From: Vicinamibacterales bacterium
Lineage (GTDB): Bacteria > Acidobacteriota > Vicinamibacteria > Vicinamibacterales > UBA2999
Assembly: GCA_050742335.1 (NCBI GenBank)
Contig: JBOGIR010000130.1
Coordinates: 1 to 60,794 of the forward strand
DNA length: 60,794 nucleotides
Direction of reading: 5' to 3'
The notes beneath the pieces are model-generated. The model worked only from the letters and a program-made list of their open reading frames with translations, had not been told where the DNA came from and made no database searches. This document shows positions 10,926 through 20,370 of this stretch, in pieces (the first letter of the stretch is position 1; every line of letters begins with the position of its first letter). The translations under genes and the position numbers were made by a program.

Positions 10926-12524
10926 ATGTCTGCCTTGAGGCTTGCCGCCGACGCGAGCACCGCCGCGCGCGACGCGCGCCGCCTGTCCACCCTGCTGGAA
11001 GTGAGCCAGGCCTTGTCCGGCACCCTCAATCTGAAGGCGTCGATGCAGCGGGTGCTCGCCATCCTGGCGCGCCATCACGGGGTGGTTCGCGGCATGCTCA
11101 CGCTGCTGCAGGAGGGCGAGCTGCACGTGGAGGCGGCCGAGGGGTTCGACGACCGCGCGCGGTCCGTCCGCTACCGCGTCGGCGAAGGCATTACCGGCAA
11201 GGTCGTCGAGAGCGGCAAACCGATCGTGGTGCCGCGAGTGAGCCGTGAACCGGCGCTCCTGAACCGCGCCGCCCGCCGGGGCGACGCCGCCCGACAGGAG
11301 CTCAGCTTCATCTGCGTCCCGGTCGTGCAGAACCGCGTATCGATCGGCGCCCTGGCGGTTGATCTGCGCTTCAAGCCCGAGCGCGACTTCGACAGCAACC
11401 TCCAGTTTCTCGGCATCGTCAGCTCGATGATCGCCCAGGCGCTCAACGTTCAGCGGCTCGTGGAAGAAGAGCGCCGGCGGCTGCTCGACGAGAACACCCA
11501 CCTGCGGCAGGAGCTGCGCGAGCGCTACGACTTCTCCAACATCATCGGGACCAGCGGACCCACGCGGCAGATGTACGAGCAGGTGGCGCAGGTCGCCAAG
11601 ACGAACACGACCGTGCTGATTCGCGGCGAGTCGGGCACCGGCAAGGAGCTCATCGCGCACGCCATCCACTACAACTCGCTGCGCGCGAAGAAGCCGTTCG
11701 TGAAGGTCAGCTGCGCGGCGCTGCCCGACACACTGATCGAGTCGGAGCTCTTCGGCTACGAGAAGGGCGCGTTCACCGGCGCCGCCGGGCGCAAGAAGGG
11801 GCGCTTCGAGATGGCCGAAAGCGGCACCCTCTTTCTCGACGAGATCGGCGACATCAACCTCAGCACGCAGGTCAAGCTGCTGCGCGTCCTGCAGGAACGC
11901 GAGTTCGAGCGGCTCGGGGGCACCGACACCGTGCGCGTCAACGTCCGGTTGATTGCGGCCACGAACAAGGACATGGAGAACGCTCTCACCGAAGGGAAGT
12001 TCCGCGAGGATCTCTACTACCGCCTGAACGTGTTCACGATCTTCGTGCCGTCGCTGCGCGAACGGAAGGCCGACATGCTGCTGCTGGCCGACCATTTCCT
12101 CGAGAAGTTCTCGCGCGAACACAGCAAGGTGATCAAGCGCATCTCGACGCCGGCGATCGACATGCTCATGGCGTATCACTGGCCGGGCAACGTGCGGGAG
12201 CTGGAGAACGTGATGGAGCGGGCGATTCTCGTCTGCGACGGCGCCGTCATCCACGGCCATCACCTGCCGCCGTCGCTGCAGACCGCCGACGCCTCGGGCA
12301 CCGTGACGCGCGTCTCGCTCAAGGATGCGGTGGCGGGCTACGAGCGGGACCTCATCCAGGACGCGCTCAAAACGACGCGCGGCAACCGCGCCAAGGCAGC
12401 GCGCTTGCTGGACACGACCGAACGCATCCTCAATTACAAGGTGCGCGGGTACGGCATCGATCCGCGGCGCTTCAAGTCGCCCGAGTTCGGCAAGCGGGTC
12501 GCGATACCATCTGACGAGTCATGA
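10926..12524 (+). CDS. Sigma-54-dependent transcriptional activator with an N-terminal GAF domain (NifA/FhlA-like architecture)
   Basis: ATG at 10926 within ORF 10698..12524. AAA+ motifs [17 protein letters not shown] ([10 protein letters not shown]), LFLDEIGD and [17 protein letters not shown]. The C-terminal Fis-type HTH is [22 protein letters not shown]. Confidence 0.85.
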   Translation: MSALRLAADASTAARDARRLSTLLEVSQALSGTLNLKASMQRVLAILARHHGVVRGMLTLLQEGELHVEAAEGFDDRARSVRYRVGEGITGKVVESGKPIVVPRVSREPALLNRAARRGDAARQELSFICVPVVQNRVSIGALAVDLRFKPERDFDSNLQFLGIVSSMIAQALNVQRLVEEERRRLLDENTHLRQELRERYDFSNIIGTSGPTRQMYEQVAQVAKTNTTVLIRGESGTGKELIAHAIHYNSLRAKKPFVKVSCAALPDTLIESELFGYEKGAFTGAAGRKKGRFEMAESGTLFLDEIGDINLSTQVKLLRVLQEREFERLGGTDTVRVNVRLIAATNKDMENALTEGKFREDLYYRLNVFTIFVPSLRERKADMLLLADHFLEKFSREHSKVIKRISTPAIDMLMAYHWPGNVRELENVMERAILVCDGAVIHGHHLPPSLQTADASGTVTRVSLKDAVAGYERDLIQDALKTTRGNRAKAARLLDTTERILNYKVRGYGIDPRRFKSPEFGKRVAIPSDES

Positions 12525-13843
12525 GGATCGGTGTCGTCGCAGCCTGCGTGCTCGTGTTCGCGGCGGGCATCGGCGGCGCGGCCTGTGGAAAGAGGGGGGC
12601 GCCGATCGCCCCGAACGTGCGAATCCCGGCGGCCATCGACACGATGGCCGCCTCACGGCTCGGCAGCGACGTCTACATCACCCTCACGGTACCTGCCACC
12701 AACATCGACGAGTCGATCCCCATCGATATCCAGCGCATCGACGTGTACGGCTACACGGGACGCGCCACGCCGACGGCAGCGCGCTTTGCGGGCCTCGGCG
12801 CGGTTGTGGCGAGCATTCCGGTGGTTGCGCCACGACGGATCGGTGAGGGGGCGGAGTCGCCGCCGCCCGCCCCCGATCCGTCGGCCGGCGCCCTGCCTGG
12901 CACCTCGGTGACCATCGTCGACACGCTCACGGCCGACGAGTTCGTTCAAGGCCAGGTGTACACGGATCCGCGCCGCCCCGAGCCGATCGCGGTGCCGGCG
13001 GCGGGTGCGCAGACGCCTCCGATCCTCCGGCGCTTCTATCTCGCCATTCCATTCAGTCTTCGCGGTCGTCCGGGCCCGCCGGGCACGCTGGTGGATCTGG
13101 TGCTGACCGCACTTCCCGATCCGCCGTCCAACGTCCGCGCGGGCTATGATACCTCCGCGATCTCGCTGACCTGGGAGCCCTCAGGAGGACTGCTCGGCTT
13201 CCTGCTCGATCGCGCGCTGCCGCTGGAACTGGCGCCATTTGTGGCGTCGACTCAGGGTCCCGTGGTTGCCGGTGCACAACCGGCGGCGGACGCCGGCATA
13301 CCGCCGGGACCGACGACCTACAACGTCTACAAGGAGCTGGCGCCAGATCCATTCGAACTCCCGCCTGCCGGCAGTGTGCCAGCCTGGACCGCGACCTCAC
13401 CGCTACGGATCAATACAACCACGCTTGCGGCGACGTCCACCACAGACCAACCCGTGCCTGGCCGCCAGCACTGCTACAGCGTGCGTGCGCAGCGCGGCAC
13501 GATCGTGAGCGAGCCCTCGCCCAGGACGTGCATCGTCCCGATCGACATCTTTCCGCCGGCCGTGCCAACCGGCCTCGCCGCCGTGCCGTCGGAAGGCGGC
13601 ATCAGCCTGATCTGGGAGCCGAACGGCGAACTGGATCTCGGCGGCTATCTGGTCTTGCGCCGGGAGGCGGGCGATGCCACACTGCGTCAGCTCACGCCCA
13701 CGCCCGTTGCCGACGCGCGCTACCGTGACACCGACGTGCAGCCGGGAACGCGCTACATGTATTCGGTTGTGGCCGTCGACGCGCAGGTGCCGCTCCCCAA
13801 CGTCAGCGCGGAGTCAGAGCGGGTCGAGGAATCGGCACGATAG
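12521..13843 (+). CDS. Hypothetical lipoprotein with an FN3-like C-terminal domain
   Basis: Its ATG overlaps the activator's TGA (ATGA). Lipobox AAGIGGAAC. The C-terminus [34 protein letters not shown]...[20 protein letters not shown] follows a fibronectin type III pattern. Confidence 0.55.
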   Translation: MRIGVVAACVLVFAAGIGGAACGKRGAPIAPNVRIPAAIDTMAASRLGSDVYITLTVPATNIDESIPIDIQRIDVYGYTGRATPTAARFAGLGAVVASIPVVAPRRIGEGAESPPPAPDPSAGALPGTSVTIVDTLTADEFVQGQVYTDPRRPEPIAVPAAGAQTPPILRRFYLAIPFSLRGRPGPPGTLVDLVLTALPDPPSNVRAGYDTSAISLTWEPSGGLLGFLLDRALPLELAPFVASTQGPVVAGAQPAADAGIPPGPTTYNVYKELAPDPFELPPAGSVPAWTATSPLRINTTTLAATSTTDQPVPGRQHCYSVRAQRGTIVSEPSPRTCIVPIDIFPPAVPTGLAAVPSEGGISLIWEPNGELDLGGYLVLRREAGDATLRQLTPTPVADARYRDTDVQPGTRYMYSVVAVDAQVPLPNVSAESERVEESAR

Positions 13844-13862
13844 CGTTGGCGAGTCGGTAGCT

Positions 13863-14003
13863 GGACCGCTATACGGTCCCGAACGCGAATTTTGTACTGG
13901 TTGTGGACCGTATAGCGGTCCTAGGCGCGCGGAGCGCGCCAAGCCAACGCTGTCAACCAGTCGCGGGCTCGGGATATCAAGGGCAGAGCCCGTGACTGGT
14001 TGG
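13863..14003 (+). repeat. Family D three-hairpin repeat, copy 1
   Basis: ggaccgctatacggtcc...ggaccgtatagcggtcc; ggcgcgc-gga-gcgcgcc; caaccagtcgcgggctc-gggatatcaaggg-cagagcccgtgactggttgg. It matches 43291-43446. Confidence 0.85.
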
Positions 14004-14022
14004 TGGTTGCCAGGAGTCGGTC

Positions 14023-14676
14023 ATGAAACTGTTCGTCGATACGGGAAACCTGAAGGAAGTCGAGACGCTCGCGCAGCTCGGCATTCTCGACGGGGTCACA
14101 ACCAACCCGTCGCTGCTGGCGAAGGAAGCGGGCGACTACCGGCAGATACTCCGGCAGATGTGCCAGACAGTGAAGGGTCCCGTCAGCGCCGAGGTTGTGG
14201 CCATCGACACCGCCGGGATGCTGCGGGAAGGGCGCGACCTCGCGTCGATCGACGAACACATCGTCATCAAGGTGCCGTTCACCAAGGACGGAGTACGAGC
14301 GTGCAAGACGCTCGCGTCGGAAGGCCGTCGTGTCAACGTCACGCTCATCTTTTCGGCCGCGCAGGCCTGGCTGGCGGCCAAGGTGGGCGCGGCCTACGTG
14401 AGCCCGTTCGTGGGACGTCTCGACGACATCGGTGCGACCGGGATGGCGCTGGTTCAAGAGATCGTCGACATCTTCGACCACTCCGACCGGTCGACGCAGG
14501 TGCTCGTGGCCAGCGTTCGCCATCCGATCCACATCATCGAGGCGGCACGAATGGGCGCCGACGTCGCGACGGCGCCGGCCGCCGTCATCGAGCAGTGCTT
14601 CAGGCACCCGCTCACCGACATCGGCCTCGAACGGTTCCTGAAGGATTGGGAGAAGGCGCAGGCGGCCCGGGTATGA
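14023..14676 (+). CDS. tal: Transaldolase / fructose-6-phosphate aldolase (short type 3B)
   Basis: 217 aa. MKLFVDTGNLKEVETLAQLGILDGVTTNPSLLAKE...IKVPFTKDGVRACKTL...NVTLIFS...YVSPFVGRLDD. The SD caggag lies at 14011. Confidence 0.9.
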   Translation: MKLFVDTGNLKEVETLAQLGILDGVTTNPSLLAKEAGDYRQILRQMCQTVKGPVSAEVVAIDTAGMLREGRDLASIDEHIVIKVPFTKDGVRACKTLASEGRRVNVTLIFSAAQAWLAAKVGAAYVSPFVGRLDDIGATGMALVQEIVDIFDHSDRSTQVLVASVRHPIHIIEAARMGADVATAPAAVIEQCFRHPLTDIGLERFLKDWEKAQAARV

Positions 14677-14681
14677 CCTGC

Positions 14682-14800
14682 ATTGACGAATTGACGAATT
14701 GACGCATTTACGGATTGACGGATTTTCGAAGGTACGAAAGGTACGAATTCAAATGCCTGGTAAATTCGTCAATTCGTAAATCCGTCCCTTCGTAAATTCC
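14682..14800. repeat. Long imperfect palindrome built from tandem octamers (attgacga units)
   Basis: The left arm is attgacga attgacga attgacgc atttacgg attgacgg. The right arm is aaattcgtcaattcgtaaatccgtc, the inverse of the same units. It fills the tal-to-carboxyltransferase gap up to the ATG at 14801. Confidence 0.75.
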
Positions 14801-16339
14801 ATGGACAGAGACGTTCTCCAGGATCTCGAGCGGCGCGCCGGGCTGGGCGGCGGCGAGGAGCGCCTGCGTCGTCAGCGAGAGGCCGGCAAGCTCACGGCGC
14901 GCGAGCGGATCGACCTGCTGTTCGACCCGGGCACGTTCGAAGAGATCGACAAGTTCGTCATCCACCGCTGTCGCGATTTCGGCATGGCCGATCAGGTCGT
15001 GCCCGGCGACGGTGTCGTGTGCGGGCACGGCCGCGTCAACGGCCGCCTCACCTACGGCTTTGCACAGGACTTCACCGTGTTTGGCGGTTCACTGTCGGAG
15101 ACCAACGCCGCCAAGATCGTGAAGATCATGGATCTGGCGATGAAGATGGGGGCGCCGGTCGTCGGACTGAACGATTCGGGCGGTGCGCGCATCCAGGAAG
15201 GCGTGCTCTCGCTCGGCGGGTATGCCGACATCTTCCTCCGCAACACGCTCGCGTCCGGAGTGGTGCCGCAGATTTCCGCCATCATGGGACCGTGCGCGGG
15301 TGGCGCCGTCTACTCGCCTGCGATCACCGACTTCACGATCATGGTGAAGCACACGAGCTACATGTTCGTCACCGGCCCCGAGGTCATCCGCACGGTCACG
15401 CATGAACAGGTCACGAAAGAAGAGCTTGGCGGTGCCATGACGCACAACGAGCGGAGCGGGGTGGCGCACTTTGCGGTCGACAACGACCAGCAATGCCTGC
15501 TCCTGATCCGCGAGCTGCTGTCGTTCATGCCGAACAACAACGTGGACGATCCGCCCCGCGGCCCGTCGGCGGATCCGGCGGATCGCGAGGACCCATCGCT
15601 CGACACCATCGTGCCGGAGGCGCCGAATCAACCCTACGACATGGGAGACGTCATCCGCATGGTCGTCGACGAGGGCCATCTGCTCGAAGTCCACGAGCAC
15701 TTCGCACGGAACCTCCTGGTCGGCTTTGCACGACTGGGGGGGCGGCCCGTGGGGATCGTCGCCAACCAGCCGGCGCATCTCGCGGGCACGCTCGACATCG
15801 ATGCCTCGGTGAAGGGGGCGCGTTTCGTGCGCTTCTGCGACGCCTTCAACATTCCGCTCGTCACCTTCGAGGACGTGCCGGGGTTTCTGCCCGGCACCGT
15901 GCAGGAGTACGGCGGTATCATCCGCCACGGCGCCAAGCTGCTGTTTGCCTTTGCCGAAGCGACGGTGCCCAAACTCACGGTCATCACCCGCAAGGCCTAC
16001 GGCGGGGCCTACTGCGTCATGTCGAGCAAGCACATTCGGACCGACGTCAACTATGCTTGGCTGACCGCCGAAATCGCCGTGATGGGCGCGGAAGGGGCGG
16101 TCAACATCCTGTACAAGCGTGAGCTCGAGGCGGCCGGCGACCCGGCAGCGATGCGTGCCTCGAAGATTGCCGAGTACCGGCAGAAGTTCGCCAATCCCTA
16201 CGTCGCCGCCCAGCGCGGCTTCATCGACGAGGTCATCCTTCCGCGGCAGACCCGGGTCAAGTTGATCGCCGCGCTCGAGGCGCTCGATACCAAACGCGAT
16301 CGGAACCCGCCCAAGAAGCACGGCAATATTCCCCTCTGA
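14801..16339 (+). CDS. Acyl-CoA carboxylase carboxyltransferase subunit (propionyl/methylmalonyl-CoA type)
   Basis: 512 aa. [20 protein letters not shown]...[22 protein letters not shown]...[17 protein letters not shown]...GGAYCVM is the PccB-like pattern. Confidence 0.9.
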   Translation: MDRDVLQDLERRAGLGGGEERLRRQREAGKLTARERIDLLFDPGTFEEIDKFVIHRCRDFGMADQVVPGDGVVCGHGRVNGRLTYGFAQDFTVFGGSLSETNAAKIVKIMDLAMKMGAPVVGLNDSGGARIQEGVLSLGGYADIFLRNTLASGVVPQISAIMGPCAGGAVYSPAITDFTIMVKHTSYMFVTGPEVIRTVTHEQVTKEELGGAMTHNERSGVAHFAVDNDQQCLLLIRELLSFMPNNNVDDPPRGPSADPADREDPSLDTIVPEAPNQPYDMGDVIRMVVDEGHLLEVHEHFARNLLVGFARLGGRPVGIVANQPAHLAGTLDIDASVKGARFVRFCDAFNIPLVTFEDVPGFLPGTVQEYGGIIRHGAKLLFAFAEATVPKLTVITRKAYGGAYCVMSSKHIRTDVNYAWLTAEIAVMGAEGAVNILYKRELEAAGDPAAMRASKIAEYRQKFANPYVAAQRGFIDEVILPRQTRVKLIAALEALDTKRDRNPPKKHGNIPL

Positions 16340-18168
16340 TGACGTTTTCGCGCGTGCAGGCGCTCGACCCGTTGGGGTTCGGGCTTCGTGGCGCGGTGAT
16401 CGTCTACGCGGCCGTCACGGCGATCCTGTTCCGCGAGCTGTTGCCGAACGTCGCGACGCACCTCTACTCGGACCTCGGGGATCCGCTGCTCAACGCGTCC
16501 ATTCTGGCGTGGAACGCCATGCACCCGCCGCTCGCCCGTGCATGGTGGGACTTTCCGTCCTTTGCGCCGCTCTCGGGCGTCACGGCGTTGACCGAGCACC
16601 TGCTTCTCACGTATCCGGTGGCGTCGCCTGTGATCTGGCTGACGGGCAACCCGGTGCTGGCCTACAACATCCTCTTTCTGATCGCCGTGCCACTGAATGG
16701 TGTGGCGGCCTGGGCGCTCGCCCGGGAGCTGACCGGCTCGAGCGCTGCCGCGTTGATCGCGGGACTGGCCTACGCCTTTGCCCCGTATCAGGCGGTGCAC
16801 TTGTCGCACTTGCAGCAGATGACCTCGTTCGGGATGCCGTTCGCGCTGCTGTGGCTGCACCGGTATCTCCGTACGGGCCATCGCCGGGCGCTCGTCTGGT
16901 TCGGTCTCGGGTGGCTGGTGACCGCGCTGGCGAATTCTGCGCTGCTCGTCTTTTTTCCGATCCTGGTGCTGCTCTGGAGCGTGTGGTTTGTCCGGCCGCG
17001 CGAGTGGCGCCGGTTGCTGGGCCCGGCCGTCGCCGCGACAATCGCGACGCTGCCGCTCGTCCCGCTCCTGTACGGGTACCACGTGCGCCAGGCGGCGCAT
17101 GGATTCTTCCGCGAGTACTCGGAAATCAGGAGCTTCAGCGCCGACATCGTGGGACTGCTGGGGATGTACTACCGCGCGGTGCCGTGGCGGGGCGTGCTCC
17201 CGCGCGGTGTGGACGAAGGGGTGCTGTTTCCAGGGTTCACCACCGTCGCATTGGGGGTGGTGGCGGTACTCGCCATGACCAAAGGCGCTGGCGTCGGACT
17301 GTGGCCCCGTCGCCTGATGCGCGCGTTCGTGCTGCTGACGCTCATCGTGCTGGCGCGCGTGTGGGCCGGACCCTTTGGCTGGCACATCGGTCCGTTGCCG
17401 CTTCCCGCGTTCAGCCCGTATCGACTCTTCACGTTCGCCGCGCTGATGCTCATCGCTGGTGTGCTGCTGACGAAGGCGTTTCGCCGTGCGTGGGGGCAGC
17501 GTGACGTGGTGATGTTCTACGCGGTCGCCGCGTCCATCCTGTGGCTGATCACGCTTGGTCCGGAGCCCGAATGGTCCACGCCGTGGCGCGCGCTGACGCA
17601 CGGCCCGTACGCGCTGCTCGTCAGACTGCCGGGCATGCAGAGCATCCGGGTGCCGGCGCGTGCGTGGTTCCCCGGAATTCTGTGCCTGGCGGTGCTGGCG
17701 GCATTCGGCACGGCTGTTCTTCTCCAGCGGTACGCGCGCCACGCACGCACCGTCCTGGTGGCCATTGCGGTGGCGGTCGTGGCCGAAGGATGGTTTTCCG
17801 ACCAGATCGTCGAGGCGCCGCAACTGATGCGTCGCGGTGTCATCCCGAAGGGCGCCGTCGTTCTGGATCTCCCGGCCGAGGAAGCGTTTCGCAACGCGGT
17901 TCCGCAATACCGCGCGGTCATGGGGGGATACCGCACGATCAATGGGTACAGCGGATACCTGCCGCCACATTTCACTCCGCTTCGGCGTGCCATTGCCGAC
18001 ATCGTGCCCGGGGCGTTGGACCCTTATCGCCACCACGGTGCTCTGTACGTCATCATCCGCCCCGGTCTCTCCACCGTCATCGCGCGCTGGATCGCCTCGC
18101 ACCCCGGGGCGGAACACCTGTTCGACGTGAATGACGCCAGGGTGTACCGGTTGCCGCAGGTCCCTTAA
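16339..18168 (+). CDS. Large polytopic membrane protein, possibly a GT-C-fold glycosyltransferase
   Basis: 609-aa ORF. Its ATG overlaps the upstream TGA by 1 nt. It has many hydrophobic helices in the N-terminal two thirds plus a soluble C-terminal domain. The family assignment is only a guess from topology. Confidence 0.55.
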   Translation: MTFSRVQALDPLGFGLRGAVIVYAAVTAILFRELLPNVATHLYSDLGDPLLNASILAWNAMHPPLARAWWDFPSFAPLSGVTALTEHLLLTYPVASPVIWLTGNPVLAYNILFLIAVPLNGVAAWALARELTGSSAAALIAGLAYAFAPYQAVHLSHLQQMTSFGMPFALLWLHRYLRTGHRRALVWFGLGWLVTALANSALLVFFPILVLLWSVWFVRPREWRRLLGPAVAATIATLPLVPLLYGYHVRQAAHGFFREYSEIRSFSADIVGLLGMYYRAVPWRGVLPRGVDEGVLFPGFTTVALGVVAVLAMTKGAGVGLWPRRLMRAFVLLTLIVLARVWAGPFGWHIGPLPLPAFSPYRLFTFAALMLIAGVLLTKAFRRAWGQRDVVMFYAVAASILWLITLGPEPEWSTPWRALTHGPYALLVRLPGMQSIRVPARAWFPGILCLAVLAAFGTAVLLQRYARHARTVLVAIAVAVVAEGWFSDQIVEAPQLMRRGVIPKGAVVLDLPAEEAFRNAVPQYRAVMGGYRTINGYSGYLPPHFTPLRRAIADIVPGALDPYRHHGALYVIIRPGLSTVIARWIASHPGAEHLFDVNDARVYRLPQVP

Positions 18169-18217
18169 CCAGCCAGCGTGAACGACGACGTCTCACGCCG
18201 TGTAGCCCAGCCGTAAG

Positions 18218-18226
18218 TGCTAGAAT
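18218..18226 (+). promoter_or_regulatory. Extended -10-like element TGcTAGAAT just upstream of the biotin carboxylase gene
   Basis: The sequence tgctagaat ends 9 nt before the TTG start at 18236. I saw no convincing -35. Confidence 0.25.
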
Positions 18227-18235
18227 TAGCAGGTT

Positions 18236-19801
18236 TTGCGGAAAATTCTGATCGCAAATCGTGGCGAGATTGCGGTGCGCGTCATTCGTACGTGCCGCGA
18301 CATGGGGTTGGCCTCGGTCGCCGTCTATTCGGAGTGCGATCGAGCCTCGCGTCACGTGCGAATGGCCGACGAGGCGTGCGCCATCGGGCCGAGCGCACCG
18401 CGCGAAAGCTACCTGCGGATCGATCGTCTGATCGACGCTGCCTTGGCGAGCGGCGCCGACGCCGTCCATCCCGGCTACGGATTTCTCGCCGAGAATGCGG
18501 CATTTGCGGCTGCCTGCCGCGACGCGGGGTTGACCTTCATCGGACCGGCGCCGGAGGCGATCGCGCTGATGGGCAGCAAGACGGCCGCGCGGCGGGCCGC
18601 GATGGGCGCGGGTGTGCCGGTCGTGCCCGGTACGGATGAACCATTCGGCGCAGACGAACCCGAATCCGCCATGGCGACGGTGGCCGAACGCATCGGCTAC
18701 CCGTTGCTCGTCAAGGCGGTTGCGGGCGGCGGCGGGAAAGGCATGCGGCTCGTCAACGCGCCTGGGGAGCTGTCGAGCGCCCTTCGCGCGGCACGGTCCG
18801 AGGCGCAGACGGCGTTTGGCGACCCGGCGATCTATCTCGAGCGACGCCTGGCACGGCCGCGGCACATCGAGGTGCAGCTGCTTGGCGATCGGCATGGGCG
18901 CGTGCTGCCGTTTGTCGAACGCGAGTGCTCGATTCAGCGCCGCCACCAGAAGGTGATTGAAGAAACGCCGTCGCCGGTTGTCTCGGCCGTCCTCCGCGGA
19001 CAGATTGCGAGCGCGGCGGCGGCGGTGGCGCGATCGGTAGGCTACACGAACGCCGGTACGATCGAATTTCTACTGGACGAGGACGGCCGCTTCTTCTTCC
19101 TCGAGATGAACACCCGCCTGCAGGTCGAGCACCCGATCACCGAGATGGTGACCGGCGTGGATCTCGTGCGATGGCAAATCCAGATCGCGCGCGGCGAACG
19201 TCTCGATATCGATCCGGCGGCGGCGCTCACCCCCGACGGGCACGCGATCGAGTGCCGCGTCTATGCCGAGGATCCGGACGCCGGCTTCATGCCGTCGCCG
19301 GGGCGCATCCGCGGACTCCGGGTGCCCGGCGGTCCATGGATTCGCGACGACAGCGGCGCGGAGTCGGGCATGGAAGTGCCGATTTTCTACGATCCGCTGA
19401 TTTCGAAGCTTTCGGTGTGGGGCGCCGATCGAGGGGAGGCGATTGCCCGAATGAAGCGCGCGTTCGCCGAGTACGAGGTCCTCGGAATCCGGACGACCGT
19501 CCCCTTTTTCCGCTGGATGCTCGACCAGCCGGCGTTTGAAGCGGCGACGTTTCACACGGGTTATCTGGACGCGCTCTTGCAGCAGCGTCAGGGCGAGCCG
19601 TTCGAGGTTGCTGGCGAGGACGATGAGCGGCTTGCCGCCGTGGCGGCGGCACTGCACGCCTTCGCGGGGCGCGAGGCTCCCGCGCCTGGGGCGAACCCGG
19701 GCGGCCTCTCTCAGCTGAACGCAGGAGGGTTCGCGCCAGTGGCATTGCCCGGCAAGGTCGGATGGAAGCGACTGGCTCGGCTCGAAAGTTTGCGCCCGTG
19801 A
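18236..19801 (+). CDS. accC: Biotin carboxylase subunit of acyl-CoA carboxylase
   Basis: 521 aa with a TTG start. RKILIANRGEIAVRVIRTCRDMG...HPGYGFLAEN...GYPLLVKAVAGGGGKGMR...EMNTRLQVEHPITE. Confidence 0.9.
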   Translation: MRKILIANRGEIAVRVIRTCRDMGLASVAVYSECDRASRHVRMADEACAIGPSAPRESYLRIDRLIDAALASGADAVHPGYGFLAENAAFAAACRDAGLTFIGPAPEAIALMGSKTAARRAAMGAGVPVVPGTDEPFGADEPESAMATVAERIGYPLLVKAVAGGGGKGMRLVNAPGELSSALRAARSEAQTAFGDPAIYLERRLARPRHIEVQLLGDRHGRVLPFVERECSIQRRHQKVIEETPSPVVSAVLRGQIASAAAAVARSVGYTNAGTIEFLLDEDGRFFFLEMNTRLQVEHPITEMVTGVDLVRWQIQIARGERLDIDPAAALTPDGHAIECRVYAEDPDAGFMPSPGRIRGLRVPGGPWIRDDSGAESGMEVPIFYDPLISKLSVWGADRGEAIARMKRAFAEYEVLGIRTTVPFFRWMLDQPAFEAATFHTGYLDALLQQRQGEPFEVAGEDDERLAAVAAALHAFAGREAPAPGANPGGLSQLNAGGFAPVALPGKVGWKRLARLESLRP

Positions 19802-20370
19802 CCTTCGAGGTCCAGACTGGAGAGCGCAGGCGGGTGGTCGACCTCACCGATGCGTATGGCAGGTGCCGGGCCGTCGTCGATGGCAGCCCGTACGCGCTGG
19901 ACGTCGCACGCGTGGGCGACATCTGGTCCTTGCTCGTGCGGCCGGGGGACGCTGGACCTCTCGACCCTCTGAAAGCGGGGGCTCGTCGCAGCTACGAGGT
20001 GACGTTCGGCGAGCCGTTCGGCGAGGAGCTCATCGTATACGTGAACGGGAAGGCCGTTGCGGTCAGGTGCACAGCGCGGCCAACCGGCATCGATCGGCGG
20101 CGTACGGCGCGGCGCCCGGGAGGTCGCGACGACCCTGCGCCGGATACGGGAGGCGGCCCGCTCACCCTGACGGCGCCGATGCCCGGCCGGATCGTCAAGG
20201 TCCTTGTGAAGGTTGGCGACGCCGTGGCGGCACGGCAAGGCGTGGTGGTGGTCGAGGCGATGAAGATGGAAAACGAGCTGCGGTCGCCCCGCGCGGGCAC
20301 GGTGAAAGAGGTGCGGGTCGCGCAGGGCGCGCTCGTCGAGGCCAAGACCGTGGTGGTTGTCATCGAGTGA
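19798..20370 (+). CDS. Biotin carboxyl carrier (biotinyl/lipoyl domain) protein
   Basis: The C-terminus LTAPMPGRIVKVLVKVGDAVAARQGVVVVEAMKMENELRSP has the biotinylation motif EAMKM. The GTG at 19798 overlaps the accC TGA. The ORF is also open from 19762. Confidence 0.8.
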   Translation: MTFEVQTGERRRVVDLTDAYGRCRAVVDGSPYALDVARVGDIWSLLVRPGDAGPLDPLKAGARRSYEVTFGEPFGEELIVYVNGKAVAVRCTARPTGIDRRRTARRPGGRDDPAPDTGGGPLTLTAPMPGRIVKVLVKVGDAVAARQGVVVVEAMKMENELRSPRAGTVKEVRVAQGALVEAKTVVVVIE

